Assembly (NCBI RefSeq): GCF_964355755.1
Contig: NC_092671.1
Coordinates: 36,094,304-36,158,303 of the forward strand
Direction: 5' to 3'
From: Antedon mediterranea
Taxonomy: Eukaryota; Animalia; Echinodermata
DNA: 64,000 nucleotides
The translations under genes and the position numbers were made by a program. The notes beneath the pieces are model-generated. The model made no database searches. It was not told the origin of the DNA and was given only the letters and a program-made list of their open reading frames with translations. Shown in pieces: positions 40,701 through 51,359 of the stretch (the stretch's first letter is position 1; each line of letters starts with the position of its first letter).

Positions 40701-43700
40701 TGCTTTGTGTGGTGATTTGGTTGAGGAAAATTGGTCTGAGGTTTACGATTGTGACCAACCCGTATCTTTTGATAAATTTCTTAACACATTCTATAAAATT
40801 CATAATAAACATATTAAAAATAAATATAATGTATCAAATAAAATTAAAGCAAAACAGTCTTGGATGACACCTGGCTTAATTAAAAGTAGCAAAAAGAAAC
40901 AAAAACTTTATAAAAAATATATTTATTCTCATGATATTCAACATAAAAGTATATACACAAATTATAAAAATATGTACACTAAACTCTGTCGAACCGCCAA
41001 AAGAATGCATTATATATCAAAATTTCAAAATGTAAAATGTAACCTTAAAAAGACCTGGGCTATAATAAATTCTGTATTAAGACCAGAAAATCGAAACAAT
41101 TTCCCATCCCTCATAAATAACGGTTTTGAAACAATTACATCAACTAAAGAAATATGCGATTCATTTAATAAGTACTTTTCAACAGTTGGTTCAAATTTAA
41201 ATAATTCTATGCCTGACCCTCATATTGACCCAATCTCATATTTACCAAATCCAATTTCTCAATCCTTTTTTATAAATCCTGTTACAAAAGAAGAAATAAT
41301 AATTATTGTCAACAATTTAAATCCTAATAAAGGATCTGGTGACGATAATATCACTTCACGTACGATCAAACAAATACTGCCGTACATAATTGACCACCTT
41401 ACCTTCTCTATAAATTGTTCATTCTCATCTGGTGTATTTCCAAATTTATTAAAAATAGCTAAAGTTTTCCCAATCTTTAAGAAAGGTGACAAGGGCCAAG
41501 TTAAAAATTACAGGCCTATCTCCCTTCTTAGTGCTTTTTCTAAGATCTTAGAAAAACTCATGCACCAGCGACTCTATGATTACCTTACTAAATTCAACAT
41601 TCTTTATACTCACCAATATGGCTTCCGTCATAACCATTCCACATCCCATGCAATTCTGGATCTTGTTAACAACATCACCTCATCTCTTGACAATAAACAA
41701 TTTTTACTCTCCGTTTTTATAGACTTGTCAAAAGCTTTTGATGTCATTAATCATAAAATTCTTCTTGGTAAATTATTTAATTATGGCATTAGAGGAATTG
41801 CATTAAACTGGTTTGAAAGTTATTTAGTAAACCGTAAACAGTATGTTGCGTTAGGCTCATTTAAATCATCAGTGGAGGCTGTAAATTGCGGAGTGCCTCA
41901 AGGGTCGGTTTTAGGACCACTACTATTTTTAATTTATGTAAATGATCTTTCTAGATCAAGTGACACTCTGAAAGTCATATCCTTTGCTGATGATACTACG
42001 ATTTTGTTTTCTCATTCTGATATCAATGTCTTATATAACACCGTCAACACTGAACTAAATAAAATGACTGACTGGTTCATCTCAAATAAGCTTATTGTTA
42101 ATGTACAGAAAACTAATTACATTTTATTTCGTACTCAACAAAGACAAATTGATTTCTCTAATCTTAATATTTACATTAACAATAAAATTATTGAACGTAA
42201 ACCTGAAGTACTATTCCTCGGAGTTTATCTACATGAATACTTGAGATGGACCAGTCATCAAGCGTATGCATCTAAAAAGATATCTAAAGTAATTGGCATC
42301 CTTTGTAAATTAAGACACTTTTTTCCACAACATATCTTACTCTTGTTATATAACACCCTTATACAACCTCATCTTCTTTATTGCAACATTATTTGGGCAG
42401 CCGACTACCCATCAAATTTAGAAAAACTTAATAAACAAATTAAACGTGCTGCCCGTATTATTACTTTCTCTCACTATCTCGCCCCTTCCCAACCTTTACT
42501 TAAAAAACTCAATATTCTTAGTCTACATGATCTTTTTACAACACAAATTGCTTCCTTTATTTTTCAATTCTTTAATACCAAACTCCCTGTGACAATGTCT
42601 AATCTATTAAGTCATCATACAAAATCACACAAGTACTATTTACGTATCGACAATAAATTTCAGCATCTTGATGTACCTCCTTTTAGACTGAAAATTTCCG
42701 AATATTTTATTTCTGTTTCAGGACCGCGAATCTGGAATGATCTTGATGATAAACTAAAGCATTTTAAATCTCTTTATACTTTTCGTAAAAATTTTAAAAA
42801 ATATCTTATTTCTTTATACTAATTTTAATATTATTATGATTGTAGTACACTGAAAGTATCTATTTTTATTTCATCGTTTTTGTTTTTATTTATTATTTTA
42901 TGTAGTAAATTGTATTAGTTTAAATGTATGTGTATTGTTTCTGGGGTCTTTCTCGAGACAAGAAACTTGTTTTCTTCTAGAGAAGACCCCAAATGATGGC
43001 TCATTACTATGTTTTCATTTATATATATATGGACATTGTACAGTATTTATATTTCGTTTTTAATTTTCTTTGTATTGATGGCAGCAATTGAATAAATAAA
43101 AAGAAAATGATGATGCCATATCACTACTATATTTGGGCTGATTTCGGCAGAGCTTTAGAGCTCTTTTTGACAATTTTAGAAATTAGTATATTATGACTTT
43201 TATGTTTGTAATAGTATGTTGATTTTAATTGTTGTTATTAATATTTTGGAATTATGTGAAATTTATTTTCAGACACAGAAGTTGATTCAACATTTGTTAA
43301 TAAGCGGCGTCCACTTTACGAGGTAAGTTCAGCTTTCAACTAAACTTTTTCTTTTAAACTTGAATTAACTATAAATAATTAATTATATTTTTTTTTCATC
43401 AACATCTATAAATCTTGTTTTGGACTATATCTGTATGTTGGATGAATTGACCTTTCTGCTGTTTCTAAACATTACAACTTTTTAACATTTTCAAACTATT
43501 TTTATTTTCAGAAAGAAAAACCATATGATCCTTGGGGTAAAGGGAGTGGAGCTCCGAAACGTGATGAGAAAGGGCGTTTAATGCGTCACACTTGGGGAAA
43601 CGAATTAGGAGTTACAGATTTTATTGACCCCTCAGCAACAGTGAGTGGTATTGATTAACCTCCCAACGGAACTATATAAATAATTATTTACCGGCAACTT

Positions 43701-46700
43701 CAATTCATAGCGTCTGATTGCTTAATTGCCGATCTATACAGTAGTTATTTCCATGCTCTCGAACTATAGACCGAACTGTGCATGTCTGTTTCCACTATCT
43801 TCAATACAGTCGAATCCAAACATGCTATATTTTTAACCATGGCCCTTAGCCCAGTAAATATTTGTTTACTATAATATAACTATTATTTTATTGGACTCAA
43901 CTTTTCTATTGTTATCTCTTTCTATAAGTTATTTCTTGTTTGTAAACTGTTTTAGCTCTGTAGACAATAACATGTTCACATTAATTCATGTTTGTATAGG
44001 GTGGTGCATTAGAAACAAAGTCATTCGGAGGTGGGGGCGTCAACGTCGATGAAAGAGGTGAAAAAAGAACAAAGTTTTCTGTTACTTTAGACCATGACAG
44101 AACTGGTGGTAAGTATTTTGAATTAAGTATTTACATTTAAATTCCTATACACTTTATACCATAGAGATATTATTGCTATGCTAATACACACACAGTATAA
44201 ACATATTTTATGTATTTGACACAAAATACGGTGCAGTCCAGTAACAAAAAAATCCAGAAAATGAAAACTTAGGTAATTAATTATACTCAGTCTAGAATAT
44301 TCTTAATTATTTAAATGTAAATCATTATATTTTTTTCTGAAGGTTTTCGTAAAGCTGTTGGCCAATCAGGTATCAATTTCTTATAATTTGCACATCTGCA
44401 AGGCACTACTTCATATTCATGTGATTTCTATCATTGATATAATGAACTTTCTACTACTGTGGTATAGTCTCATACTATCCTCATAATTTATTATCTATCA
44501 CTTTCATTGTTGCTGTGTATCTACTGTTATGACTGACGACACACTAAAGCTCTGTCTACACTATCAAACTTTATGTGACAAACAAATGTGTCCATATATG
44601 GACACGATGTCATATCACTACCATATTTGGGAATATCAATACCATATTTGGGTATATCACTACCATATAATACCAAATTATCACTGGTTGCGCATGCCAA
44701 TATTATATTATGATGCACTTATCTAAATGCTCACTTCAGGTACATCAGTCTTAACTCTCAATTACAATTACAAAATATATTACTGTTTTTTTATAACAAA
44801 TTTGCATGTATTTCCAAACTTTTGTGAATGGTTTCTAATGAATACAGACAGTCACAAAATGTTTTCCTCTTACTTACAGTAGGACCTGCTTCTATTAACA
44901 CATTTTAAAAATTGAATTCATTTCATTATTTATTCGGTCTAATTCAATATATACATAACAAAAAAAACTGAAATTGGGGAGACCAGGGTCAACCTAAGTG
45001 AACTTAATCACTGTAGCTGAGCCGGAATGGAATAATAATTGTTGCATACTGGTTGTTTTAATGTAAAACAACATTATTATGTCAGCCATTGACCTTTGGG
45101 TCAACTATCTTGACCACCTGAGCCCTTAATGAAACCAGTGATACACTTTTTTCATTGTACTACAGTTAACTCTCCCAATATCAATTCATTAAAAACTTGA
45201 AACTCCTAAAAGATTCTTGAAATTTAACATTTCCAAGGTGGAATTAACTCTTTCTCATAGTTTAGTTATTTAATATAATACACTTTATATAATACCTAAA
45301 TAAATTCCTGTCATTTGATTGGATGATTGTGGGTCACATGATGTGCAATAGTACGCACTATTAAACGATCGTACAATTATTTGTACCATTACACTCATAA
45401 ACATTCATTATTTGTATAATAGTATACTATAGTAATAGTATAGTTATAGTATACAGTATTAAAAGTGTTTTGCATCTTTTTACTAACATTTTTAAAATTT
45501 TCTTAAATCTAATTCAAAACAGGTTTTTTTTTCACCCATTAATTTGTTGTGGTTTAACATAATGCACTAACTTCATGCTTTTATAGTATTCATACAAATA
45601 ATGTGTACAAATGTAACTTATTTATAAACGTTGGATCTTCCACTGAACAAAAACAAGAACAGTAGGTTAATAAAATTTATTGTTTAGTAAGTGAGTGGCC
45701 GAGCGGTTAAGACAAGAGAACCGTAATTAAGTAGTCATAACGTTTGCAAGGGTTCGAAGCTCACTCGCTCTATGGTTGGTGGTAGAACGAGTCTTCTCGG
45801 ATAAGGACTATAAACCGTAGGTCCAGTGTACACATCTTGACCATGTGCACTTTAAAGAACCTAGTACATCTTTCGAGTGCGGGGTTACCTGGTGTACTTA
45901 GTACATCACAGCCACTGATCATAACTGAGCCCTCTGGGAAACCAGTCTTTGACTGAAGAGGTCACCCAGTATAAAATAAAATATTTATTAATGATTCATA
46001 ATATTATTTAATCAATATACTATGTGTATTTCACAGAACCAATTCTTAAAGAAAGTGATCGGACAAAAGTAGCAGGAGGCTTTGACCCTTGGGGGAAACC
46101 TGGAGGTGGTGCTCCTCTGAAGGATGAGAAAGGTAAAAAAGCTACTACAATCAGTGGAAAAATGATGACAGATAAATTTGGATATGAAAGGCCGAAATTT
46201 GAAGAGTTGAGAGCAAAACAGGAATATCTATCTGAACTTCGTAAGTGTTTTTTTTCTCTCATGCAACTGCAAATGACAAAAACGTTTCTGAATTTCAAAA
46301 GTAGATTTTTAAAAATATGTTTATGTTTAGTTAAAAACTGTCATACAGTAATATTTGAAAATAGCATGTACATTGTTAATTTGATATTATTTGATAATAT
46401 TGATTGTTGATTATTATTCGATACGATACGAGGAAAAGTTTATTGCAATTTCAAATAAAAAATTTAAAATTGAAGTTTAACAAAATTATTGTGAAAATAT
46501 ATAAAATATATCTCTTCAACATAATTAATGATATAAAAATACGTATTATTCACATATGGGACATCAAAAAAGAAAAACAATAAAATAAAGATTGACGTAA
46601 TAAGTAGAAAATGAAGATCTGCCATTAACTTGATAAGGAGGAAAATATTTGATACAAAGTATGAACAGGTTATATTTTAGGCAGCAGAAACACTCACAAA

Positions 46701-48632
46701 TATAAAATATATTATACAAATAATGAATGTTTATGAGTGCAATGGTACAAATAATGGCACGAGGTGAATGATGAAAGGTTATATCAACGAGGCAAAGCCG
46801 AGTTGATATAACCTTTCATCATTCACCAAGTGCCATTATTTGTACCATTACACGAATACAAAACATTCATTATTTGTTTTATATAACATCTAGACGTTTT
46901 TTTTTTCGTACACAAAAATGTTTCAAAAAGTACTATTTAACGATCGTTGAATAGTGCGTACTATTGCATGCCATGTGACCTACATTTGTCCAATCAAATG
47001 ACAGGAATTTATATAGGTGTTATATAATATAGTATAGTACATAAATTGTATTTTTAAATTTAAAAGAAAATGGAATAAGTGAGCAGCAACAATTAAGAAA
47101 AAGCTTAGAAGATGAAATGAAACAAGCAGGTAATGAGGTCGGACCATGGATCAGGGAAAAAGAGGTTGGGTACCCAAAGAAGGACCCTATCACTGGTGTA
47201 CTGCTTCCGAAACAACACAAAGGGGCTTCAGATGTCACTAAACAAGTAAGTAACTTTAATTTAAGTTGATGACTACTCCAGAACTTATGACAAACCGAGT
47301 GGAAAAAAATTGGCCATTTAAAAAAATTTAACAAACTGGAGTCCCAAAACAGGATGGCATGTATTCATTCACACTACCTATTAGTTGAAATGTTTATATT
47401 GTTCCATAAAAGTGAAATGTTTTTTGCTTATTTTGTTTTCGTAGAGAATGGACATTCGTCGACCTGCTAGGCCATCACAGGTGACCATATACAGCAGCGA
47501 TCTTGAACGGCAAGCCATGGAAAGGCAGTTGAACAAGGCTGTAGAAAAGCAGTTTTCAAGGGATTTGTCAGCTCAGGTAAAGTAGGCCTAATGTTTTTCA
47601 GTCATGTCTGTTGTCAGCAAGACACATCAACACAAATCAAAAACAAAAGAATAAAAAGGCAGGCGCGGCTCCCGCTTTAAAGTATAGAAGAGGGTGTGTG
47701 AAACCCCCTCTGAAAGAGGTGAGTTTTGAGAACAGATTTAAACATTATCTTGGTTTGTTTTTATTTAGCATCATGCCAACTTTGAACGTGTTTGGGGTAA
47801 ACCAGGAAATGGTGCACCAAAGGCCACTAACAACCGTCTATCTCTTGACATGGAACGAGATTATCAGGTAAGCATGTTCCTTTAGCCGACAGTCGAACTG
47901 TGTTTGGTCTAATATGTCTGTTTTTTTAGAAATTCTGCCATTTCAAATGTTTTGATTAATTATAGCCTTCATTTGTACGATCAGTTTTGACATGTATTTG
48001 TATCTGCTGATATTATCTCAATCTTTCTTGGTAACATCACCAAAGTAATCTTATTTTCCACTATAGATTCATTCTTTTAATGCTTGCTGGTTCATTTACT
48101 AACCGCTCATTAGAATTCTTTCTTACATCTGCATTATCTATTGCATGAAATAGTTACATTTGCATTACATGTGCTTCTGTAGGGTGATAGGCAATACCAA
48201 GCACCATGGAAGCAACCCCATGCTACCATTCAGGTGAAGAAACCCTGGGCTCGAACCACAGCCCTTGAGAATCGTTTCAATCGATACTCTGAACAAAATC
48301 TACCGCAGGTAATAAAGAAAAATGAGTGTACTAACATAATATTATTACGTAATTCTGATTTAGGAAAATTAACAATTCTTCTATAGTAAGCTTGGTTCCC
48401 ACTTTGATATAACAAAAGGACTAAGTGCACCGCATGCAATTTAAACCAATCACAAGATGATAGCTCATCCAAACTTAGCTTGTGATTGGTCAGCTCACTT
48501 ATTTTGTGCCTACTGTACGTCATTGAATTTCGTCCACGTGGGAACCAAGCTCAATTAACATAATTCTTTAAACATAATTCTTATTCAATATTATTATTTG
48601 TTGTTTGTTTTTTTTTAAAGGTTTCAGATTAA
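25795..48632 (+). CDS. Uncharacterised protein of about 687 aa with repeated PWGKPGGGAP motifs alternating with charged helical segments (CSPP1-like motif; putative ciliary/microtubule-associated protein)
   Basis: Exons 25795-25843, 27544-27732, 31964-32078, 32406-32520, 32897-33019, 33148-33340, 36765-36838, 37168-37225, 37653-37760, 43273-43322, 43512-43640, 44000-44108, 46037-46240, 47067-47245, 47445-47576, 47769-47867, 48183-48308, 48621-48632 chain through GT-AG sites in consistent phase (2064 nt) without stops. The first and last exons are the least certain. Confidence 0.8.
26215..26993. mobile_element. Non-autonomous MULE/Mutator-like element, 779 bp, TIRs of about 145 bp, 9-bp TSD
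   Basis: The TIR CGCCGTGGCTAAAGATACGGTACCG... at 26215-26360 pairs with 26848-26993. ATTTTAATA is duplicated at 26206-26214 and 26994-27002. Confidence 0.88.
28533..28985 (+). repeat. Tandem triplication with a unit of about 152 bp
   Basis: ATGATCAGATT...CTTCTGCTATTTTTAAC...AAGTTCCCTGTCCACAAG starts near 28533, 28686 and 28837. Confidence 0.9.
30472..30513 (+). repeat. (CAGTTACA)5 short tandem repeat
   Basis: Read directly from the sequence. Confidence 0.9.
31234..31398. mobile_element. hAT-type MITE, 165 bp, 8-bp TSD
   Basis: CAGTGGCGTAACA...TGTTACGCCAATG, with CACCTAAC duplicated at 31226-31233 and 31399-31406. Confidence 0.85.
35018..35666. mobile_element. Non-autonomous TIR element with CAG...CTG ends and a 6-bp TSD (hAT6-like)
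   Basis: CAGCCCACGAAATTCA...TGAAATTCGTGGGCTG with subterminal GTCGGCA/TGCCGAC repeats at both ends. CATTAG is duplicated at 35012-35017 and 35667-35672. Confidence 0.82.
38295..38440. promoter_or_regulatory. Intronic cluster of RFX X-box-like motifs
   Basis: GTATCCATGACAAC (38321-38334) is an exact match to the GTHNYYATRRNAAC consensus. GTTTCTACGACAAC (38295-38308) has one mismatch, and there is a half-site CTAGCAAC (38433-38440). Confidence 0.5.
38829..39404 (+). CDS. LINE ORF1 protein (coiled coil + RRM-type; ERFSRRNNIRIVGI, IERAHR, YIIDDLT), N-terminally truncated
   Basis: Motifs typical of LINE ORF1p. The frame stays open upstream of the annotated ATG to the insertion junction near 38792, so the true start is lost. 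Confidence 0.85.
   Translation: MKSQNNLESKLAESIKFNEERIIALEKAQSRYEARQAEFVDDLHTAHNTIASMQAELNKAERFSRRNNIRIVGIAKSDNENPINIVEDFLATHFKIKPTIERAHRDGLGFQGKPPHILFKVLSYVDKVAILKNRHKLASPGAYIIDDLTRTDRQEKNKWKTQVKALYDQGIKLRFRAGKWRSSTGIPHVFK
39742..42822 (+). CDS. LINE ORF2 APE endonuclease-reverse transcriptase, 1026 aa, uninterrupted
   Basis: Contains HVNIRS, GLSETW, YRPP, GDINID, LIDHF, SDHLPI, NYRPISLL, FIDLSKAFD, GVPQGSVLGP, FADDT and GPRIWN. Confidence 0.95.
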   Translation: MMSENYFCHLPFHDFIIDSDTINHSDISNIIINPLAHTEYDKFDEHSEPLANQLNSRNSTLEDCIYYDTNHFNTTFRNVSNSLISLFHVNIRSVTNKTDSLEQFLNSINLKFSIIGLSETWLNDTSPTPFLHNYSFISKNRQSGKGGGVAFFVKNDLNVRVRLDLSISQPYDSLFLEIVHPNKKNTIVGVIYRPPDGNIDHFSKSFDELLNKINSEHKPCHIMGDINIDIIKYQNHIQTNNYIDMLLFRSFYPTISKPTRITPTTATLIDHFYTNIIDTKIHSGVFIFDISDHLPIFHIVDEKLYHTDTNNVPSRIIDIDALCGDLVEENWSEVYDCDQPVSFDKFLNTFYKIHNKHIKNKYNVSNKIKAKQSWMTPGLIKSSKKKQKLYKKYIYSHDIQHKSIYTNYKNMYTKLCRTAKRMHYISKFQNVKCNLKKTWAIINSVLRPENRNNFPSLINNGFETITSTKEICDSFNKYFSTVGSNLNNSMPDPHIDPISYLPNPISQSFFINPVTKEEIIIIVNNLNPNKGSGDDNITSRTIKQILPYIIDHLTFSINCSFSSGVFPNLLKIAKVFPIFKKGDKGQVKNYRPISLLSAFSKILEKLMHQRLYDYLTKFNILYTHQYGFRHNHSTSHAILDLVNNITSSLDNKQFLLSVFIDLSKAFDVINHKILLGKLFNYGIRGIALNWFESYLVNRKQYVALGSFKSSVEAVNCGVPQGSVLGPLLFLIYVNDLSRSSDTLKVISFADDTTILFSHSDINVLYNTVNTELNKMTDWFISNKLIVNVQKTNYILFRTQQRQIDFSNLNIYINNKIIERKPEVLFLGVYLHEYLRWTSHQAYASKKISKVIGILCKLRHFFPQHILLLLYNTLIQPHLLYCNIIWAADYPSNLEKLNKQIKRAARIITFSHYLAPSQPLLKKLNILSLHDLFTTQIASFIFQFFNTKLPVTMSNLLSHHTKSHKYYLRIDNKFQHLDVPPFRLKISEYFISVSGPRIWNDLDDKLKHFKSLYTFRKNFKKYLISLY
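45690..45985 (+). mobile_element. tRNA-derived SINE (Meta-domain-like); partial copies at 13840-14065 (+) and 36110-36268 (-)
   Basis: A-box TGGCCGAGCGG and B-box GGTTCGAAGC. The core GGATAAGGACTATAAACCGTAGGTCC...CACTTTAAAGAACCTAGTACATCTTTCGAG is shared by all three copies, and the tail is A-rich. Confidence 0.75.
46712..47040 (-). repeat. Interspersed element containing a long near-perfect hairpin; internally deleted inverted copy at 45285-45421
   Basis: Arms of about 80 bp (46716-46877) surround the loop GAGGCAAAGCCGAG. The flank CGATCGTTGAATAGTGCGTACTATTGCA...TCCAATCAAATGACAGGAATTTAT is the reverse complement of 45300-45372. Confidence 0.8.
48389..48551. mobile_element. Second Harbinger-like MITE family (TIR AGCTTGGTTCCCAC); another copy at about 61082-61259
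   Basis: AGCTTGGTTCCCAC...GTGGGAACCAAGCT with internal inverted ACCAATCACAAG/CTTGTGATTGGT. Confidence 0.75.
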
Positions 48633-50334
48633 AAGATTTTTTATTTTTCCATAACTTTTTGATGACATATTTGTACATATCATTAGTTTTAGGAAATAAA
48701 TTGATTTTTATTGATTTTGATTAAAAAGAGACAGCATTTCTTTCTGTAAGAAAGTTTATTTTTTCTTTGTAGCAGAAACTGTGGTATTTAACAATTTCTG
48801 CTAAAAGGAAAAATTAAACATTACCTTGTATTGGGGAAAGACACAAAAGTGGGAAAGAGTACATTTGTCATTACAAACATTATTAATCAACCAATTTTTT
48901 TCAGTCAAACTGAAATATAAACTAGGGCCTAGAAAAAAAAAAAATTAATAAAATAAAAATATATGTGTATATTCATACATATATATTTGGATTGATGGAA
49001 AGACGTTGGCCCCATGTACATATAGTGCCTGTTAAAGATGGTGCACTATTCAAAAAAGTATTGGATCGTCTCGCAGAGTGTCGATCTGGTAGGCGCTGTA
49101 CTGATGGCTTCCTTTCTAAAGCTCTGTCTTCACTATCAAGCTAGTTTGACAAAAAAATATTTTAGTGATATGCTTAAATAAAGTAGTGATGTGACATCAT
49201 CGTGTTCATATATGGGTACATCACATTTTTTTGTCACATACAGTTTGATAGTGTAGACAGAGTTTAACAGTTAGGCTTGAGGATCAGAATAAATACCTTT
49301 ACTAATGGAAACTAGTACTAGTAGTTTAAAATTAAAGTAAAGACTAATAGTCTGTTGGGATTTATTTTTTTCAGCGAGCAGTTCCTGTACGTGCTCCATG
49401 GGCAACATACAGCCTACAATAGGAATGATGATAACCAGTAAAGAAGATATCAAACATCTAGTCATCCAACTTCTAATTATCTTTATATATAAGTTTAAAT
49501 TTGTAAATATTTCAATAAATATTCAAAGGACTATCAATACTTTTTTTTTGTAATTAATGTGCTTTTTTGTACAAATATTTAAAAAGTTTAAGTTGTCTCA
49601 GCATAGTTCACTGTTCTTTGATAGCTACTGTATAAAGCGCAATAATATGATATAAAACACAAATAAGTCTACCATTATTATCTGTGTAACATAAATTTAT
49701 ATAAAGATCATGATGTAGTTCATTGTTATTTTGTAATTTGTAAAACCATATTCCTGATTCTTAATTACTGTAAAGTGTAGTAAATCTTCATAATAAAATT
49801 AATCCAGTACATTTTAACAGAAATAGGGTTAAAATTATGCACACATTTTGTTGTTAATGTCCCCTGCATTATGTATATTCTAGATTCTCTCATTATTCAG
49901 GAAGAAATATTAAGGAATAACAGTGTATTATGTCACATGAAGATGCAATATTTTATATTATTTTTAGTTATGCTATTTAGACAACCAAAATATTTTTGTA
50001 ATTTTTTTTATTCGCCAAATGTTTTACACTAGTTTTATATTATTTTTGATAGATTTATTTAAAGCAACTTATAAACATACTAACAACATTTTATATGACT
50101 TAATTTATGTTGGTGCCGTATCCACTAGTAGCAATTATATCGGGAGCAATTTTTATATTTAGTATGTATAGTTTATGTATTGTCTGTTGCCAGTTTTATT
50201 GTATATGTATTTGCAGGGTTTCTTTTGTTATGATCACTTACAGTTAACTAATGTGAATGTATTACTATATTGGGGGAGGGAGGAGGTGTCTAAACGTCCA
50301 AAGAAGCAAAAACAAGAAAAAGGTCAAACCTTTA

Positions 50335-50495
50335 AGCTCTGTCTACACTATCAAACTTTATGTGACAAAAAAATGTGATGTGCTCATATATGGACATGAT
50401 GATGTCATATCACTACCATATTTGGGTATTTCACTACCATATTTGGACACATCACCCTTTTTTTGTCAAACTAGTTTGATAGTGTAGACAGAGCT
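50335..50495. mobile_element. Representative complete copy of the Harbinger-type MITE
   Basis: TTA|AGCTCTGTCTACACTATCAAACT ... AGTTTGATAGTGTAGACAGAGCT|TTA: perfect 23-bp TIRs and a TTA duplication. Confidence 0.9.
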
Positions 50496-50751
50496 TTAGA
50501 AAATAAAATGAAAATGTATTTGTTACTCTAAGCATGGGTATATCAATGGTCAATCATCTATTGTTATCAAATCATTTTATACTTTTTAAAATAAGTATTT
50601 ATATTATAGTTCATTCTAAATACAAATAAATTTGTAAAAACTGTTGTTTCTAGAAAGACATTTAAAAGCCAGACCCTTTAGATTAGCCACCTTCACAAAA
50701 TTAGTAATATATTAGATCAAATGAATTGTATAAATGTTATAACATTTTTGC

Positions 50752-51040
50752 TTGTGGCGCAGTATGCTGGACGTTGGATTAAAGATTGTGGTTCGAATTT
50801 AACTCTCGCCACACTGCTTGTATCCTTAGGCAAGACACTTTACTTACATTTGCCTCTCTCCACCCAGGTGTATAAATAGGAACCCGGTTAGATCAAGACA
50901 CAACTTTGCGCTGATTACTAGCTGCATTATGGGAGTATGTTTCCATACGTGTTTGATCAAAAATGATCGGGGTAATAATGTGCAGTGTTTGAGAGCTTGC
51001 TTATATGCGCTATATAAGAATGAACTATTATTATTATTGT
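50752..51040 (+). mobile_element. tRNA-derived SINE with CORE-like body and (TTA)n tail; inverted copy at 55158-55460
   Basis: GTGGCGCAGT A-box, GGTTCGAAT B-box, then TCCTTAGGCAAGACACTTTAC...TGCCTCTCTCCACCCAGGTGTATAAAT. The reverse-complement copy lies in an ALKBH3 intron. Confidence 0.78.
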
Positions 51041-51359
51041 TCAAGTCCCCCACTGTTTATTATATACTGTACTGTACATTACCCTATAATTTTAATTGTC
51101 TGTCTTCCTTGTAAAAACATGGACCTAGCTATAGAATTTGTACCATACAATGTATAGGTCCATGGTAATAAAAGCATACACCATTCCAGTATTAGTAGCT
51201 AAAATGAATAGTCTTGACGCATCCCTCAATTAAACACCTTATCATGAGATGATAGGTCTAAATTAAACACATGTATGTTAATCACCGTCACTTATGTGCC
51301 ATGAAAATAAAAAATAAAGAATATATTTCATACTTTTCTTGTGAAAATTAATTAAATAT

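Larger units (their letters stand above)
38792..43105 (+). mobile_element. CR1-group LINE, 5'-truncated inside ORF1, intact ORF2, sense orientation in an intron of the PWG-repeat gene
   Basis: ORF1 38829-39404 and ORF2 39742-42822. The 3' UTR has a stem-loop GGGGTCTTTCTCGAG...CTAGAGAAGACCCC (about 42943-42990) and an AATAAATAAAAAGAAA tail. The element is flanked by two halves of a MITE. Confidence 0.92.
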
